This document shows, in pieces, positions 9,862 to 21,200 of a DNA stretch of 64,000 nucleotides. This DNA is from Candidatus Poribacteria bacterium (lineage in GTDB: Bacteria; Poribacteria; WGA-4E; UBA9662): contig JAYZAL010000066.1 in assembly GCA_036339735.1 (NCBI GenBank), forward strand, positions 32,001 to 96,000. The letters run 5' to 3'. A program made the position numbers and the translations under genes. Positions within the stretch are counted from its first letter, which is position 1. Each line of letters starts with the position of its first letter. Under the pieces are notes generated by a model. The model did no database searches and had not been told where the DNA came from. It worked only from the letters and a program-made list of their open reading frames with translations.

Positions 9862-11256
9862 ATGAAATACTACCAACACATTACTCTTTTTGGTTTGGCC
9901 TTCTGCCAATGTATCGTTTTCGGCATACTAGATTTTGCGTCAGTGGAAGCCAAAACTTTTGACCGTATCATTGCTCAGGTCAACAATGAAATTATTACCG
10001 AATGGGAATTGACCACCTTAGTCAAGCAACGGTCAATTGAGTTACAGCGTGGATTCGGTGTCAATGACGAAGAGGCAATTCGTCAGGCTGAACAAGATAG
10101 ATCAAAATTGTTGGATCAGTATATCCGTCAATTATTGTTAGTTGAAACAGCTTTAACCTTAAAAGATCAAATTCAGGTTACTGATCAAGAAGTAGACCAG
10201 CGGATTAACACCTTTAAAGAAAGTGCAGGTATCGAAACAGAAAGTGATTTTCTGGAACAACTCAAAAGAGAAGGATTGACTTTTACAGCTTTCCGCGAGC
10301 AAACCAAACGAAATCTGATGGCAGAACGGCTGATCATGAAGCGAGTTTTACCTAAGCTACAGGTCAGAGATCAAGAAATAGAAGACTTTTTTTCCGAAAA
10401 CAGAGAGCAGTTTCCTAACAAAACAGATGAGGTTTATTTGAAGCACATTTTTATTCCTTATGAGCCCACAACGAACGACAAGAAGTTGACACGCCAGAAG
10501 GTTGAAAATGCAATTACAGACCTGACGCTCGGAGATAAATTCGAAGATATTGCTGCTCAGATGTCCATTAAAACAAGTTTAGATCGTCAGCAAACAACTG
10601 GTAAGATGGTAGAAATATCCTTAGATGAAATGAAAAGTTTGTCTACACTTTTTCAAAAATCATTAGCTGATTTAAGCTCTGGGCAAATTAGTCAACCGGT
10701 GGAGTCCGTCGATGGCTTCTACGTTTTTAGAGTTGAAAAAAAGAATGATCAAAAAATTGTTTTTCAATACTTTCTGACCCCCTTCCAGATCAGCCAAACT
10801 GCAAAAGAGAAGGCACTTCAAAAGTCAGAACAGCTTGTTGAAAAACTCGATCAAGGTAGTGACTTTGACCAAGTGCTGCAAACACACCGCCAAACAACTT
10901 CGGGGTATGACTCAGAACTCGAAAAAAATAGGTTTGGTGGAGACTTGGGATTTCAACCATTAGCCAATCTATCGACCGAAATTCGTAAAGTAGTCGAATC
11001 ATTGGGGGTTGGTGTTTATAGTGGCCCAGTTGAAACTAGTTCTGGGTTTCATATTTTTATTGTTATTGACAAACAGAAAAGCCAGTTAAATGAAAAAGAA
11101 AAAGAGCAGGTAAATCTTTACTTGAGAGATCAAAAGTTTCAAAAAGAATGGAAGAACTATACGAATCTTCTAATTGAATATTCATTTGTCAAATACTTTG
11201 ACCCAAAATTGATCATTGAACCGACTGAAAACGAGGGTGCCACGGCTATCGAATGA
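9862..11256 (+). CDS. surA: SurA-like periplasmic chaperone/PPIase
   Basis: Signal peptide, DRIIAQVNNEIITEWEL (SurA N-terminus), EVYLKHIFI, GGDLGF, SGPVETSSGFHIF; two parvulin domains. Confidence 0.8.
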   Translation: MKYYQHITLFGLAFCQCIVFGILDFASVEAKTFDRIIAQVNNEIITEWELTTLVKQRSIELQRGFGVNDEEAIRQAEQDRSKLLDQYIRQLLLVETALTLKDQIQVTDQEVDQRINTFKESAGIETESDFLEQLKREGLTFTAFREQTKRNLMAERLIMKRVLPKLQVRDQEIEDFFSENREQFPNKTDEVYLKHIFIPYEPTTNDKKLTRQKVENAITDLTLGDKFEDIAAQMSIKTSLDRQQTTGKMVEISLDEMKSLSTLFQKSLADLSSGQISQPVESVDGFYVFRVEKKNDQKIVFQYFLTPFQISQTAKEKALQKSEQLVEKLDQGSDFDQVLQTHRQTTSGYDSELEKNRFGGDLGFQPLANLSTEIRKVVESLGVGVYSGPVETSSGFHIFIVIDKQKSQLNEKEKEQVNLYLRDQKFQKEWKNYTNLLIEYSFVKYFDPKLIIEPTENEGATAIE

Positions 11257-14200
11257 CCCGCCCCAGTAATTCGGCGAGTCAGCAACAACTCTCTGCCATC
11301 CACGCTTTGTCTGTAAGCTTGCTCTCCGGTCTGTTCCTGTTGCTTCCATTCGGTCTTGACCACGTTTTGGCGCAAGATACATCAACTGGGCCCGTACTTA
11401 CCTCCCAAATAAATACCGAATCAAAAGATAATAACACTAGTGAGACACCACCGGTGCTCTCTCCTCAGCTTAATTCTCGGTCGGATCTTCTAAGACCAGA
11501 AGAAACAGAACCAGAAGAGGGTAAAATTATTGGTAAGGGAGATGAACTATTTCTAGTAGGAAATTTAGTTCACATTCATGGTAATGCACTAGTTAAGTCA
11601 GGAGATATGACTCTTTATGCTGACCACGTTTGGGCTGACTTCGATCAAAATCTACTACGAGCCTCTGGTAATGTTAGATTAATTTCTGGTCAAGAACGTA
11701 CTTACTCGAATGAACTTCTTTTCAATTTAGACAATAGAAAAGGTATTATCCGTCAAGGTTCGACTTATAGTGAACCCTGGTATTATCGGGGAAATGAAAT
11801 TTTCAAGACTGAGGACGACGAATCCTATATTCGCAAAGGATCATTGACTACCTGTTCCTTGAAACACCCACATTATTATTTCAGTAGTTCAGAGATTATA
11901 GTTAAGGTTGACAAAGAGTTGATTGCCAAAAATGTAGTCCTCAAAATTGGTGGAATTCCGCTTTTTTATATTCCAGCTTATCGTCGCGATTTACGTACCG
12001 ACAAATTAGCCAAGGTAATTGTAAGGTTAGGAACAGATAGCTATCAGGGACCATTTTTAAGCATTGAGTTGCCACTATCCCGCAAAAGGAGGCTGGATGC
12101 ACGTCTAATGTTCGACCATACCTCCAGAAGGGGACGTGGGGGAGGAGCCGATAGTACTTATCAAATTAACGATACACGTTATGATGAAATTTTTATCCCC
12201 ATCTTTCATGATGCCACTCCTAGCGAGAAGAAAAAATTAGAAGACCTCGCAACTGAGATTAGGGAAAAACTTGATGGAGATCATGATTCATACAAATTGA
12301 AGGAACTCTTCCTAGAATATCGGTTGGAGCCAGAGGATCTTGCTCGAGCCAAGGACAAAGTAGAAAAAATTTATAATAAACTAACAACTGATCTAATCAC
12401 GACCGAAGCTGATCAGCCATCCGATCCATTACCGTTAGGATCAGAAGCCGCTTTTGCACAAATCGCACAGGAGAACTCAGATCACCAAGAAACTCGCTAT
12501 GAGGGTGGAGATATGGGCTATATTATACGTGGTGAAGTCGACGAAGAAGGAAAACGACGACTAAGTCCTATGTTGGAGGATGCTGTTTTTTCATTGTCAG
12601 CTGGACAAATTAGTCCAATCCTAAAAACCAATTTTGCTTATCATATTTTTAGGGTCGATCATGTATTAGAAGTTTACGGAAAGAAAGAGATTAAGCTCCG
12701 CCGTATCGATATCAAAATTAGTCCGACGAGCGAAACGAAAGATCAAATACGCGAACTCGCTGATAAGATCCAAGAACAAGCAGTAGATGGTAAGGACTTA
12801 GCTGATTTGGCATTAAAAAACAAAGGTGCTATCTGGCGAAATGTCAATAATGGAGACTGGTTACCCCTAAACGAAATGGACGACAGATGGCAGTATTCGG
12901 TTAGACGGTTGGAAGAAGTGGGGGATGTAACTACAACGGTTATGACTGACAGAGGCGTACACATTTTTCAACTTGTTCAAAAAATGCCGACACCTACCTT
13001 CGCTGAATTAGCCAGCGAATTTGAGTCTCAGTACGGAGATTGGTTGCGTGAAGAGTATGAACGCCGCAAACCGGAAGAAAAAAAACAATCTCAGAGTTTT
13101 CTGATGGGTACAACTGCAGAGCGAGCCCCCCTCAAAAGAAAGCCTTCTAATATAGATGAGAAGAAGGAATTACCAAATCAAGCACCTTCGGAGACATCGA
13201 CAATTGATGAAGATGGAGTTGTAGAGCAAAAGGAACAATTAGAAGTTTTCCGTCAACATGACTTTCAGGGTAGTTGGCAAAATGAAAAGGCTGTTGCACG
13301 ACAAGCTCGTCAGTTAAATCGGGGCGAAACGAGTAACATTATCGATAGTAAAATAGGTTTCCACCTCATAGATATCAAAAAAAAGCGAACTTATCGGGGT
13401 GATTTTTACTTGTATGGCCAAGATCAATATTCCTATTCGCGAAAAGATGCTATGAAAATTGGGCGAGAATACGTTGCGCGGTGGGGGCATTATCATAGTA
13501 TCTACACACCTTGGGATAAACCAGAAGAGGGAAGAAAACCCCTTAACTTCATGGGAAGAGCTGAATGGCAAGCACGCCATTACGATGAAAATTATGGTAC
13601 ATCTGAATCGGCTATTCATTCTTTTGGTATGTTGACATGGGGAAATGCTTTTTCTGCTTGGGATACAGATGATCGCGATGCTGACGGCAATCTGAAATTT
13701 TCTACCAAAACTATTGGTGAGTTTTTAGGTCGTTTACAATTCAGTCATTCGTATGAATTAATCGAAAGTGATGTTGCATCTACCCTACAAAAACTACCTG
13801 AGTTATCTCTTCACTTTTCCCGAATGAGAATGAGTAACTTGCCTGTTTTTGAAACTATCAATGACACACTGGTCAAAATTTCGGAAAAAACAAAAACTAA
13901 TATACCTATATTGTCTCTCATATCTCTTCCTACTCTAGAAGATGCTTCATTTGATTTAGATATGAATTTAGGTAATTTTTTTAGAAAACGTTATGAAAAA
14001 GAGCAAGATGTTTATTTGAAAACAGGAGTGATGGGATTCGACATTCAAAAACAATCGACACTCAAGTTATCTTCTACACGGGAAGTTCGCCTAGATCTTG
14101 GCTTCGATTCTGATGCTGTATGGCATGATCGAGATCGGGATGGCCATAAAAACATTCTGAGGGGTATCTATAGCCTCAACGCCGATGCTCGCAACATATT

Positions 14201-15056
14201 ATTTCGTATCTATGACATTAGCTGGATTCCTGGAGCACGACGCCTAAGACACCAGATCAATTCTGGCGTGTATTTTAATTATCAGCCTGCCGTAGATCGG
14301 GATGAAAACAGCCGCTTATATCCCTTTGGACCAAGTACTTATTTTTACGAGCGCAAAGATATTAGCTACACATTAGAAACAAGCATTGAAATCAAAACGC
14401 GTAAGCATCGATCAGCTCTAAGATTGATCGATTTTCGCACCCAATTGCGTGGGGATTTTACAGAATATGCAGCTGAAAACAATAGGACTTATGATTATAT
14501 AGAGAGCGATATCACTCTCACACCACTACCCAATCGCACGATGAGTATTATCATGCGTACTACTCATGATCCTAACCCATCAGAGGTAGATGGGAAAAGA
14601 TTTAAACAAGTAGGTTTTCGCTCTAATTTTAGTTATCGTCGCGAAAAATGGAATCTAACTTTCGGTAACTCGTTCAGTAAACGAACAAGTTATGCCTCTC
14701 GTCGTATTAACACAAGTTTTCAATATCGTCCCAATTCAATGTTCGAAGTCGACTTTAATGCTGACTATGACTGGGTGGAAAAACAGTTTTATTCTCAAAG
14801 TTTAACCATTCGAAGGAACCTACATGATTGGGACTTGCGACTTTCCTGGCATCGGATTGGCATCAAAAGGCCACCTGATTTTAACAGTGTACGACAAGAT
14901 TTCACCTTTCAAATTAACCTGATTGCTGACTCAGCTGCTTCGGTTGGTCTCGGTTACGATGCAGTAACTGAGACTTGGGGCTTCCGTAGCCTGCCAGTTG
15001 GTGTACCTTATAACGCTTTTGGTGTTGGTAATGCTATGAGTCGCTCATATTTCTAA
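11253..15056 (+). CDS. lptD: LPS-assembly protein LptD-like beta-barrel with inserted parvulin-like domains
   Basis: OstA-like jellyroll (LYADHVWADFDQNLLRASGNVRL), GSLTTCSLKHPHYYF..KNVVLKIGGIPLFYIP, C-terminal barrel strands (RRNLHDWDLRLSW, DFTFQINL). Internal parvulin motifs at about 12177-13385. ATGA overlap with surA. Confidence 0.8.
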   Translation: MTRPSNSASQQQLSAIHALSVSLLSGLFLLLPFGLDHVLAQDTSTGPVLTSQINTESKDNNTSETPPVLSPQLNSRSDLLRPEETEPEEGKIIGKGDELFLVGNLVHIHGNALVKSGDMTLYADHVWADFDQNLLRASGNVRLISGQERTYSNELLFNLDNRKGIIRQGSTYSEPWYYRGNEIFKTEDDESYIRKGSLTTCSLKHPHYYFSSSEIIVKVDKELIAKNVVLKIGGIPLFYIPAYRRDLRTDKLAKVIVRLGTDSYQGPFLSIELPLSRKRRLDARLMFDHTSRRGRGGGADSTYQINDTRYDEIFIPIFHDATPSEKKKLEDLATEIREKLDGDHDSYKLKELFLEYRLEPEDLARAKDKVEKIYNKLTTDLITTEADQPSDPLPLGSEAAFAQIAQENSDHQETRYEGGDMGYIIRGEVDEEGKRRLSPMLEDAVFSLSAGQISPILKTNFAYHIFRVDHVLEVYGKKEIKLRRIDIKISPTSETKDQIRELADKIQEQAVDGKDLADLALKNKGAIWRNVNNGDWLPLNEMDDRWQYSVRRLEEVGDVTTTVMTDRGVHIFQLVQKMPTPTFAELASEFESQYGDWLREEYERRKPEEKKQSQSFLMGTTAERAPLKRKPSNIDEKKELPNQAPSETSTIDEDGVVEQKEQLEVFRQHDFQGSWQNEKAVARQARQLNRGETSNIIDSKIGFHLIDIKKKRTYRGDFYLYGQDQYSYSRKDAMKIGREYVARWGHYHSIYTPWDKPEEGRKPLNFMGRAEWQARHYDENYGTSESAIHSFGMLTWGNAFSAWDTDDRDADGNLKFSTKTIGEFLGRLQFSHSYELIESDVASTLQKLPELSLHFSRMRMSNLPVFETINDTLVKISEKTKTNIPILSLISLPTLEDASFDLDMNLGNFFRKRYEKEQDVYLKTGVMGFDIQKQSTLKLSSTREVRLDLGFDSDAVWHDRDRDGHKNILRGIYSLNADARNILFRIYDISWIPGARRLRHQINSGVYFNYQPAVDRDENSRLYPFGPSTYFYERKDISYTLETSIEIKTRKHRSALRLIDFRTQLRGDFTEYAAENNRTYDYIESDITLTPLPNRTMSIIMRTTHDPNPSEVDGKRFKQVGFRSNFSYRREKWNLTFGNSFSKRTSYASRRINTSFQYRPNSMFEVDFNADYDWVEKQFYSQSLTIRRNLHDWDLRLSWHRIGIKRPPDFNSVRQDFTFQINLIADSAASVGLGYDAVTETWGFRSLPVGVPYNAFGVGNAMSRSYF

Positions 15057-15281
15057 ACGAACTTTTCCGATTAGATAAACAAAAGTTTGAGTTGCTGAAC
15101 ATCAACCAAACGATCGGTTCTACGTCTAAAACAGGTCGAAAATCAAATATAGGCATAAAGATAGATTCAGCAAAAGCTAAGGCGTCCGAATTCGCCACTG
15201 TTGATCATCGAAATTACACTTCCATATCAAGTTATACAAGATCAGAAGTAGCATTCATTAAAATTTACGGGGGACAGTATT

Positions 15282-18200
15282 TTGGGTAAAAGGGGCTTGA
15301 GTTGCAAGGATAGCCAAGCGAGTATCAGTGTGCAGGCACCAATCACGGGAATTAGTCTAGGTGTCATTTGGTGGTATGTTCTTTGTTCATGTATCAGCGT
15401 TTATGCTGCCGATTTTGCCATTCCACCGCAAGTTCTTGACGATACGACAGAAATAGACGCAGTTTTTAGTCCCAATGGTGATAACATCCAAGATAAGGTC
15501 GTCATTGTCTTTGAAATGGATGGTACAACCGGTGAGTACGAGATAATCATCGATGTCCATGGGCCAGGCGGTGTTGGTAAACCTGACGGTCAGTTCAATG
15601 TAGATGATGACTGGTCAGTTTTAGGTAAGTTTGGCCCTGGTGTAACAATCAATGATGCCCCTAAGCGTTTTCGTATTGAATGGGATGGAAGAGATAGTGT
15701 TGCTGGAACAGCTAAAACTGTAACTGATGGAAACTATCAACTGCGCCTGCAAGTTGACTTTTTTCAGAATGAAATATTGGATCCAATACAGGATTCACAC
15801 TCCCAAATCTTTCCTATAATTGTTGATACAGAATCACCACAAACGTCGGCTAAGTTGGAAAGAACAGGCTTCTCACCCAATGGTGATGGTAACCGTGACC
15901 AACTACCTATTAACTATGTTTTAGGAGAACAATTATCCGGCCTGGAACTATTAGTTCCAAGCCATTCATCAATTCAATTATCGGACCTAGCAGCAGGCAA
16001 TCAAATTTTCAACTGGAATGGACAAGACGGGCTTGGAGCTGTTCTGCCAGACGAGTCTTACAATCTTCAATTAAGAAGTTTGGATTTAGCCGGTAACGAA
16101 AGTATCGTTTCTCTAGGGCAGATTTGGCTTGATACAAAAAAACCAACTATCAGCCAAATAATTCCATCTCCTGATGCCAAAGTGAATACTACAGTCAATG
16201 AGTTGATAGCTACCTTTGAAAGTGGAACAGGTAGTCAGATTGACTTTGATAACTCGATTATAAGTTTGACTCATCTTGATGAAACTATTCAAAATGGGAC
16301 TGTTAGTTATGAGAATATGACCTTGAGGCTAACATTAGAGAATTCTCTTAATTTGGCTTCAGAGAATGGGCTTTACACAGTGAATGTGCAAGCTGTTGAC
16401 CTCGCGGGAAATAGGGAAGTCTCAACTTTCAATTTGGTTTTTGATACGATTCAACCATCAGTACTACAAATTCGTCTCGATGAAGACAACTTGCGTGACC
16501 GAGTTCATGTTAATAGTAGTATCGGTTATATTGAGGCAGACCTAAGTGATAATCTTTCTGGATTAGATTTGGCAAATTCACTTCTGCAATTGTCAAAATC
16601 AGGTACAGTTGTAGATGGAGTTCAGTTACAGATCGATACCGATACAATTCGTTTTCAACTTAGCCGAGCACTTAAATCAGACGGGAGTGATGATGGAGCT
16701 TACGAAATCCTGCTTACGGTATTTGACACAGCGGGTAACAGTCAGGTACAAACACATCCGCTAGTTTACGATACTACAGCCCCTACTTTGATAGGAACAA
16801 ACCCTCCAGATCTTTCACAAGAAAAAGTCCGTATAGATCAAGCTGTAGCAACAATTGAGCTCACCTTTTCTGACCAAAACGATAATGTTGTTACTTCTGG
16901 GCTAAGCTTTGATGAGACGACAGTTTTTGTCACTAAAAGTGATGGAACGTTAGTCTCTACAATTAAGCAGGTCACTTCTCCTTCTAATTTAGAGCTACGC
17001 TTTTCTAGTTCTCTGACTGCTGGTGATTATACACTTTCATTCGTAGCAAGCGATAAAGCAGGCAATCAAGGAAAAGAAACTAACTATCCTTTCTATATCG
17101 ACCTGAGGGTACCAGAAATACAATTCACGCCAAATAACGTACCATTGGCTACATTAGAAGCAGTCTCAGCTCAATTGATAAACTATACTGGGATTGGTTT
17201 AGATCTGGTTAGGTCTAGCCTACTAGTTCAAGACGTTAGTGGTAATACGATTCCATCCCAAAAGACCGAGATAGTTGATCAATCTCTAGTTTGGCATATC
17301 AAAAACCAGTTACCAAAAAATGGAAGTCAAGATGGAAATTACATAGCCACGGCCAACTTTGCTGATTTTGAAGGTAGAACCTATACAGCGAGTTCGACCT
17401 TGACTGTTGATACGCTACCACCTACTATTGACAAGACCATCCCTGTTGATGGTTCGAAAGTCTCTGTCCTAAAAGAAGTTGACGTATTCCTAAACGACAA
17501 TTTAAGTGGAATTGACTTTAGTCAAACCGAAGTCTTGTTAAGTTCAGACGGTGGTACAATTTCTACCACAAAAAGTGATAATGGAGACAATCACATAAGA
17601 CTCACCTTTACTGACCGCCACGCGGACGGGTCGGCGGATGGTTTGTATACGGTTGGTATCACGGCAGTTGATTTAGCCGGAAATATTAGTGGGACTCAAA
17701 ACGTGTCCTTCTACCTAGTCACACAAAAGCCGGAAATTATTTCGGTTACACCGTCTGCTAACTCTCGAATCAATCATTTATCTACAATTTCTGCATCATT
17801 GTTGGATCTTAGTGGAAAGGGTATTGATTTTGATAAAACAACCATTACTTTGTCCAATTCTAGCGGTGAAGTTCTGGGTGGAACCTCATTAACACATACT
17901 GACTCACAGATCACATTAACAGGAATAGAATTACCTACAGATGGATCGGCAGATGGTATATATACTATGTTAATCACATTAGTAGATAAACTTGGTTCCA
18001 CAGCAGAAAAGCTGCAAAAAATTCACTATGATACGCAACCACCTGTCATGAGGACAAGCAATCAATCCTTCGAGAGACTATCAACAGACCAGGTGTCAGT
18101 TAGCTTCGAGGTAGTTGATTCCGGCAGTGGAATTGATATTACTAACTCTAGCCTACAGCTATCCAATACCGATGGAACAGTAGTCCCAGGCCAGTTTAGT

Positions 18201-21200
18201 TATGATGGTACAGCAAACCTCAGCTATAAGTCAGCTAAACTCAACGCTAGTGGCATTTATATGCTCCAAGTTGTACTTACAGATCAGGCAGGCAACAGCA
18301 GCATACCATATACTTTTTACTACGCATACGGGGTAGAGCTAGCAGAAGTTGTTGAGGTCACACCCCGTTTGACTAATAATTTGGAAGCGGTCGTTGTCAC
18401 ATTCAAGAGCCAGCAAAGTCTCGATTTTGAGCAGACGATTCTTGAACTGATAGCTCCGAATCAGCAAGTTGTTTCTGGTGTTATGACCAACGATGGTCAA
18501 CAACTGATAACCTTCACTCCAAGCATACCATTAGCTGTTGACGGAAGCCAAGACGGCGCTTACGCATTAACAATCCAGCCATCAGTTATGGCCATAGGCC
18601 GCTCAGATAAAAAGTGGTCTGGTGAAATTACTTTTGACACACAACCACCCGAAGTAAAGTCAATATCTTATATTACTCAACCTGAACAGTTAGCGGTTGA
18701 TTTGCAAGGCACGGTTGTGGGTTTACCCACACAATTTCAGTTGGTGTTAGCTGATACTATTAGTGGAATTAATGGGCAACAAACAACAGCTCAGTTGATT
18801 TCGCCTACAGGACAAGTTAGTACCACAAAATCCTTGAAAGCCGATATAGAAACCAATGAATACTCTATTAATCTAAGCCTAAACAGTCAGCCTAAACCTG
18901 ATCCTTCCGTAAATGGCGACTATGTTCTTGAAATTATAGCCGTTGACCTAGCTGGTAACTCAACGACCTACAGTCGTAGTTTTACAGTCATGTGGGCTGC
19001 AGCTACGGTTTCATCGACTCAACCAGCATCGTTTAGTAAACTGAATGAGTTGCAACGAGTCGACGTGATGCTTGAAAATATGGCCGAAACTGAAATTGAA
19101 AAAATGGCCACTGTTCGATTAGTAAGTCCAGACAACTCCGAGGTCGCAGGGCGACAAGAAGTTGTAGGTACTATGGTAAGTTGGATATTGGATCAACCAC
19201 CACCACAAGATGGAACTGCCGATGGAGTCTATACAATTCAATCCACGGTTCTTAAGAATGATCAGGTTCTGCTATCCGAAAACACCACATTCCTATATGA
19301 TACCAAAAGCCCTCAAGTTGATAGCGTAGTACTGCAGACAAACGAATTGACTGAACTGATACCTAGTCAAGTTATAATGGTTACAGAACCATTCTCTGCC
19401 ATAAAAATTAAGATAGTTGATCAGCTAGCAGGGACTGATTTGACGACCTCAACAGTTAGCCTGAGAACTAGTGAAGGTTTAGGGATCGAACAAGGCCTAA
19501 ATAATGGTACTGGCGAAGTTCTTGAGGTCAAGAATAATGGTATTGATACAATTACGGTTGAATTTGCAGAATTGAAATTAACTGGTATCTACACATTAGT
19601 GATTACACCAAAAGACTTGGCTGGTAATACTGGCCATCCATCGCTTTATCAAATTAACCTCAATCTCTCAAAGCCAAAACTCACTTCAATCAAAATTAGC
19701 GACCGACTGGGACTTGTCACAGCAGAATTAGCTAATGCGACCGCAGAGTATTCTACCATCGAAGTTGTGGGTCCTAATGGGCAAGTTATTGGTAAAACCA
19801 CAGAGGACAATCTTAAGAAACAAATTACTTGGACTCCGACAAATCTTGCTCAGGACGGTACTGATGATGGGGTTTATACGATTACGGTTACACCAGTTAA
19901 CAAGCAAGGTATATCCGGCCAAGTATTAGTAAAGCGGTTCACTTATGACACCCAAGAGCCTGAGATTAATAATATTACTGCTGTCGATCTAACACAACCG
20001 GTCTCTTATCTATCGAACCCAACGTCACAAATTACAGCAACGGTCTCTGATCTGGGACCAGCAGGGCTCGACACTGAACAACAAAAGATAACACTAATTG
20101 ACAGTAGTGGGCAAACTGTCAGCGCATTTTTAACTCATGATGGTAGAGAAAATCTATACTTCACTTTCAATCCATCGTTCGCCAAAGATGGGACTAACGA
20201 TGGAGAATATCAACTAGCTATTAACTTAATTGATAAGGCTGGTAACAAAAAAGACTTCACACATTCGGTATTTTATGATAGTTCTCCACCAACGCTGACC
20301 GATATTATTCCAGGCGATGGGGCTCTTCTTAAGGGAGAAATTAATCAGGTTACAGTTAATTTGGCTGACAAAAACGGAAGTGGTATCGATTTCAGTCTAA
20401 CGACCATTTCGGTAACAGATACTGAGGGCAATTCGGTGAGTGGTCAAATGAGCCACGATGGAAAGTCTAAAATAATCTTTAAAATTGATGATCTAGCACC
20501 AAGTGGATCCTATTTGGTTCGAGTTGAAGTCGCCGATCGAGCTGGTAATCAAGCCATATTCGAAAGCGGATTCACAAATTTGTCTAATTTACTTGTAGCT
20601 TCCTCCACTACACCTGTAACACGTCCAATTGAAAAGGCATTCAACCGAAAAAAACTAGATTCAGTTACAGTTCAACTGCCAAAAGATGTTGGGATCCACT
20701 TGTCTACGTTACATTTGGTCGACAGTAGTGGTCAAATGGTCATGGGGTACCAAGACCGTAATGGTTCTTCAGATTTACAATATCAGCTCCAAAAGCCATT
20801 GAAGGACGATGGATCAGATGATGGGACATATACTATTGTTTTTACTCCTATTAGCGCTAATGGGCAAAGAGGGCAACCACAACTTATGAGTTTCGTCCAC
20901 GATACAGTAGAGCCAGAAATCGATGATGGCCAAATTCGGCTGAATGTAGCTCAAGCAGGAGTTAATAACTCACTAGTATCAATTCAGCTACCAGTGTATG
21001 ACCCATCTCCATCTTCGGGTATAGACTGGTTAGAACGTCCATTGCCAATCGTAGTAACGTTAGAATCTTTCGCAAAGGAAAATATTGCAGGTCGGATTTT
21101 AGTTGAATCTGATAAAGAGGAGGTGACTTTTGTCCTAAACAAACCTCTGGCGAGTGACGGCAGCCAAGATGGGAAATATAAGCTGAAAGTCGATGTTACA

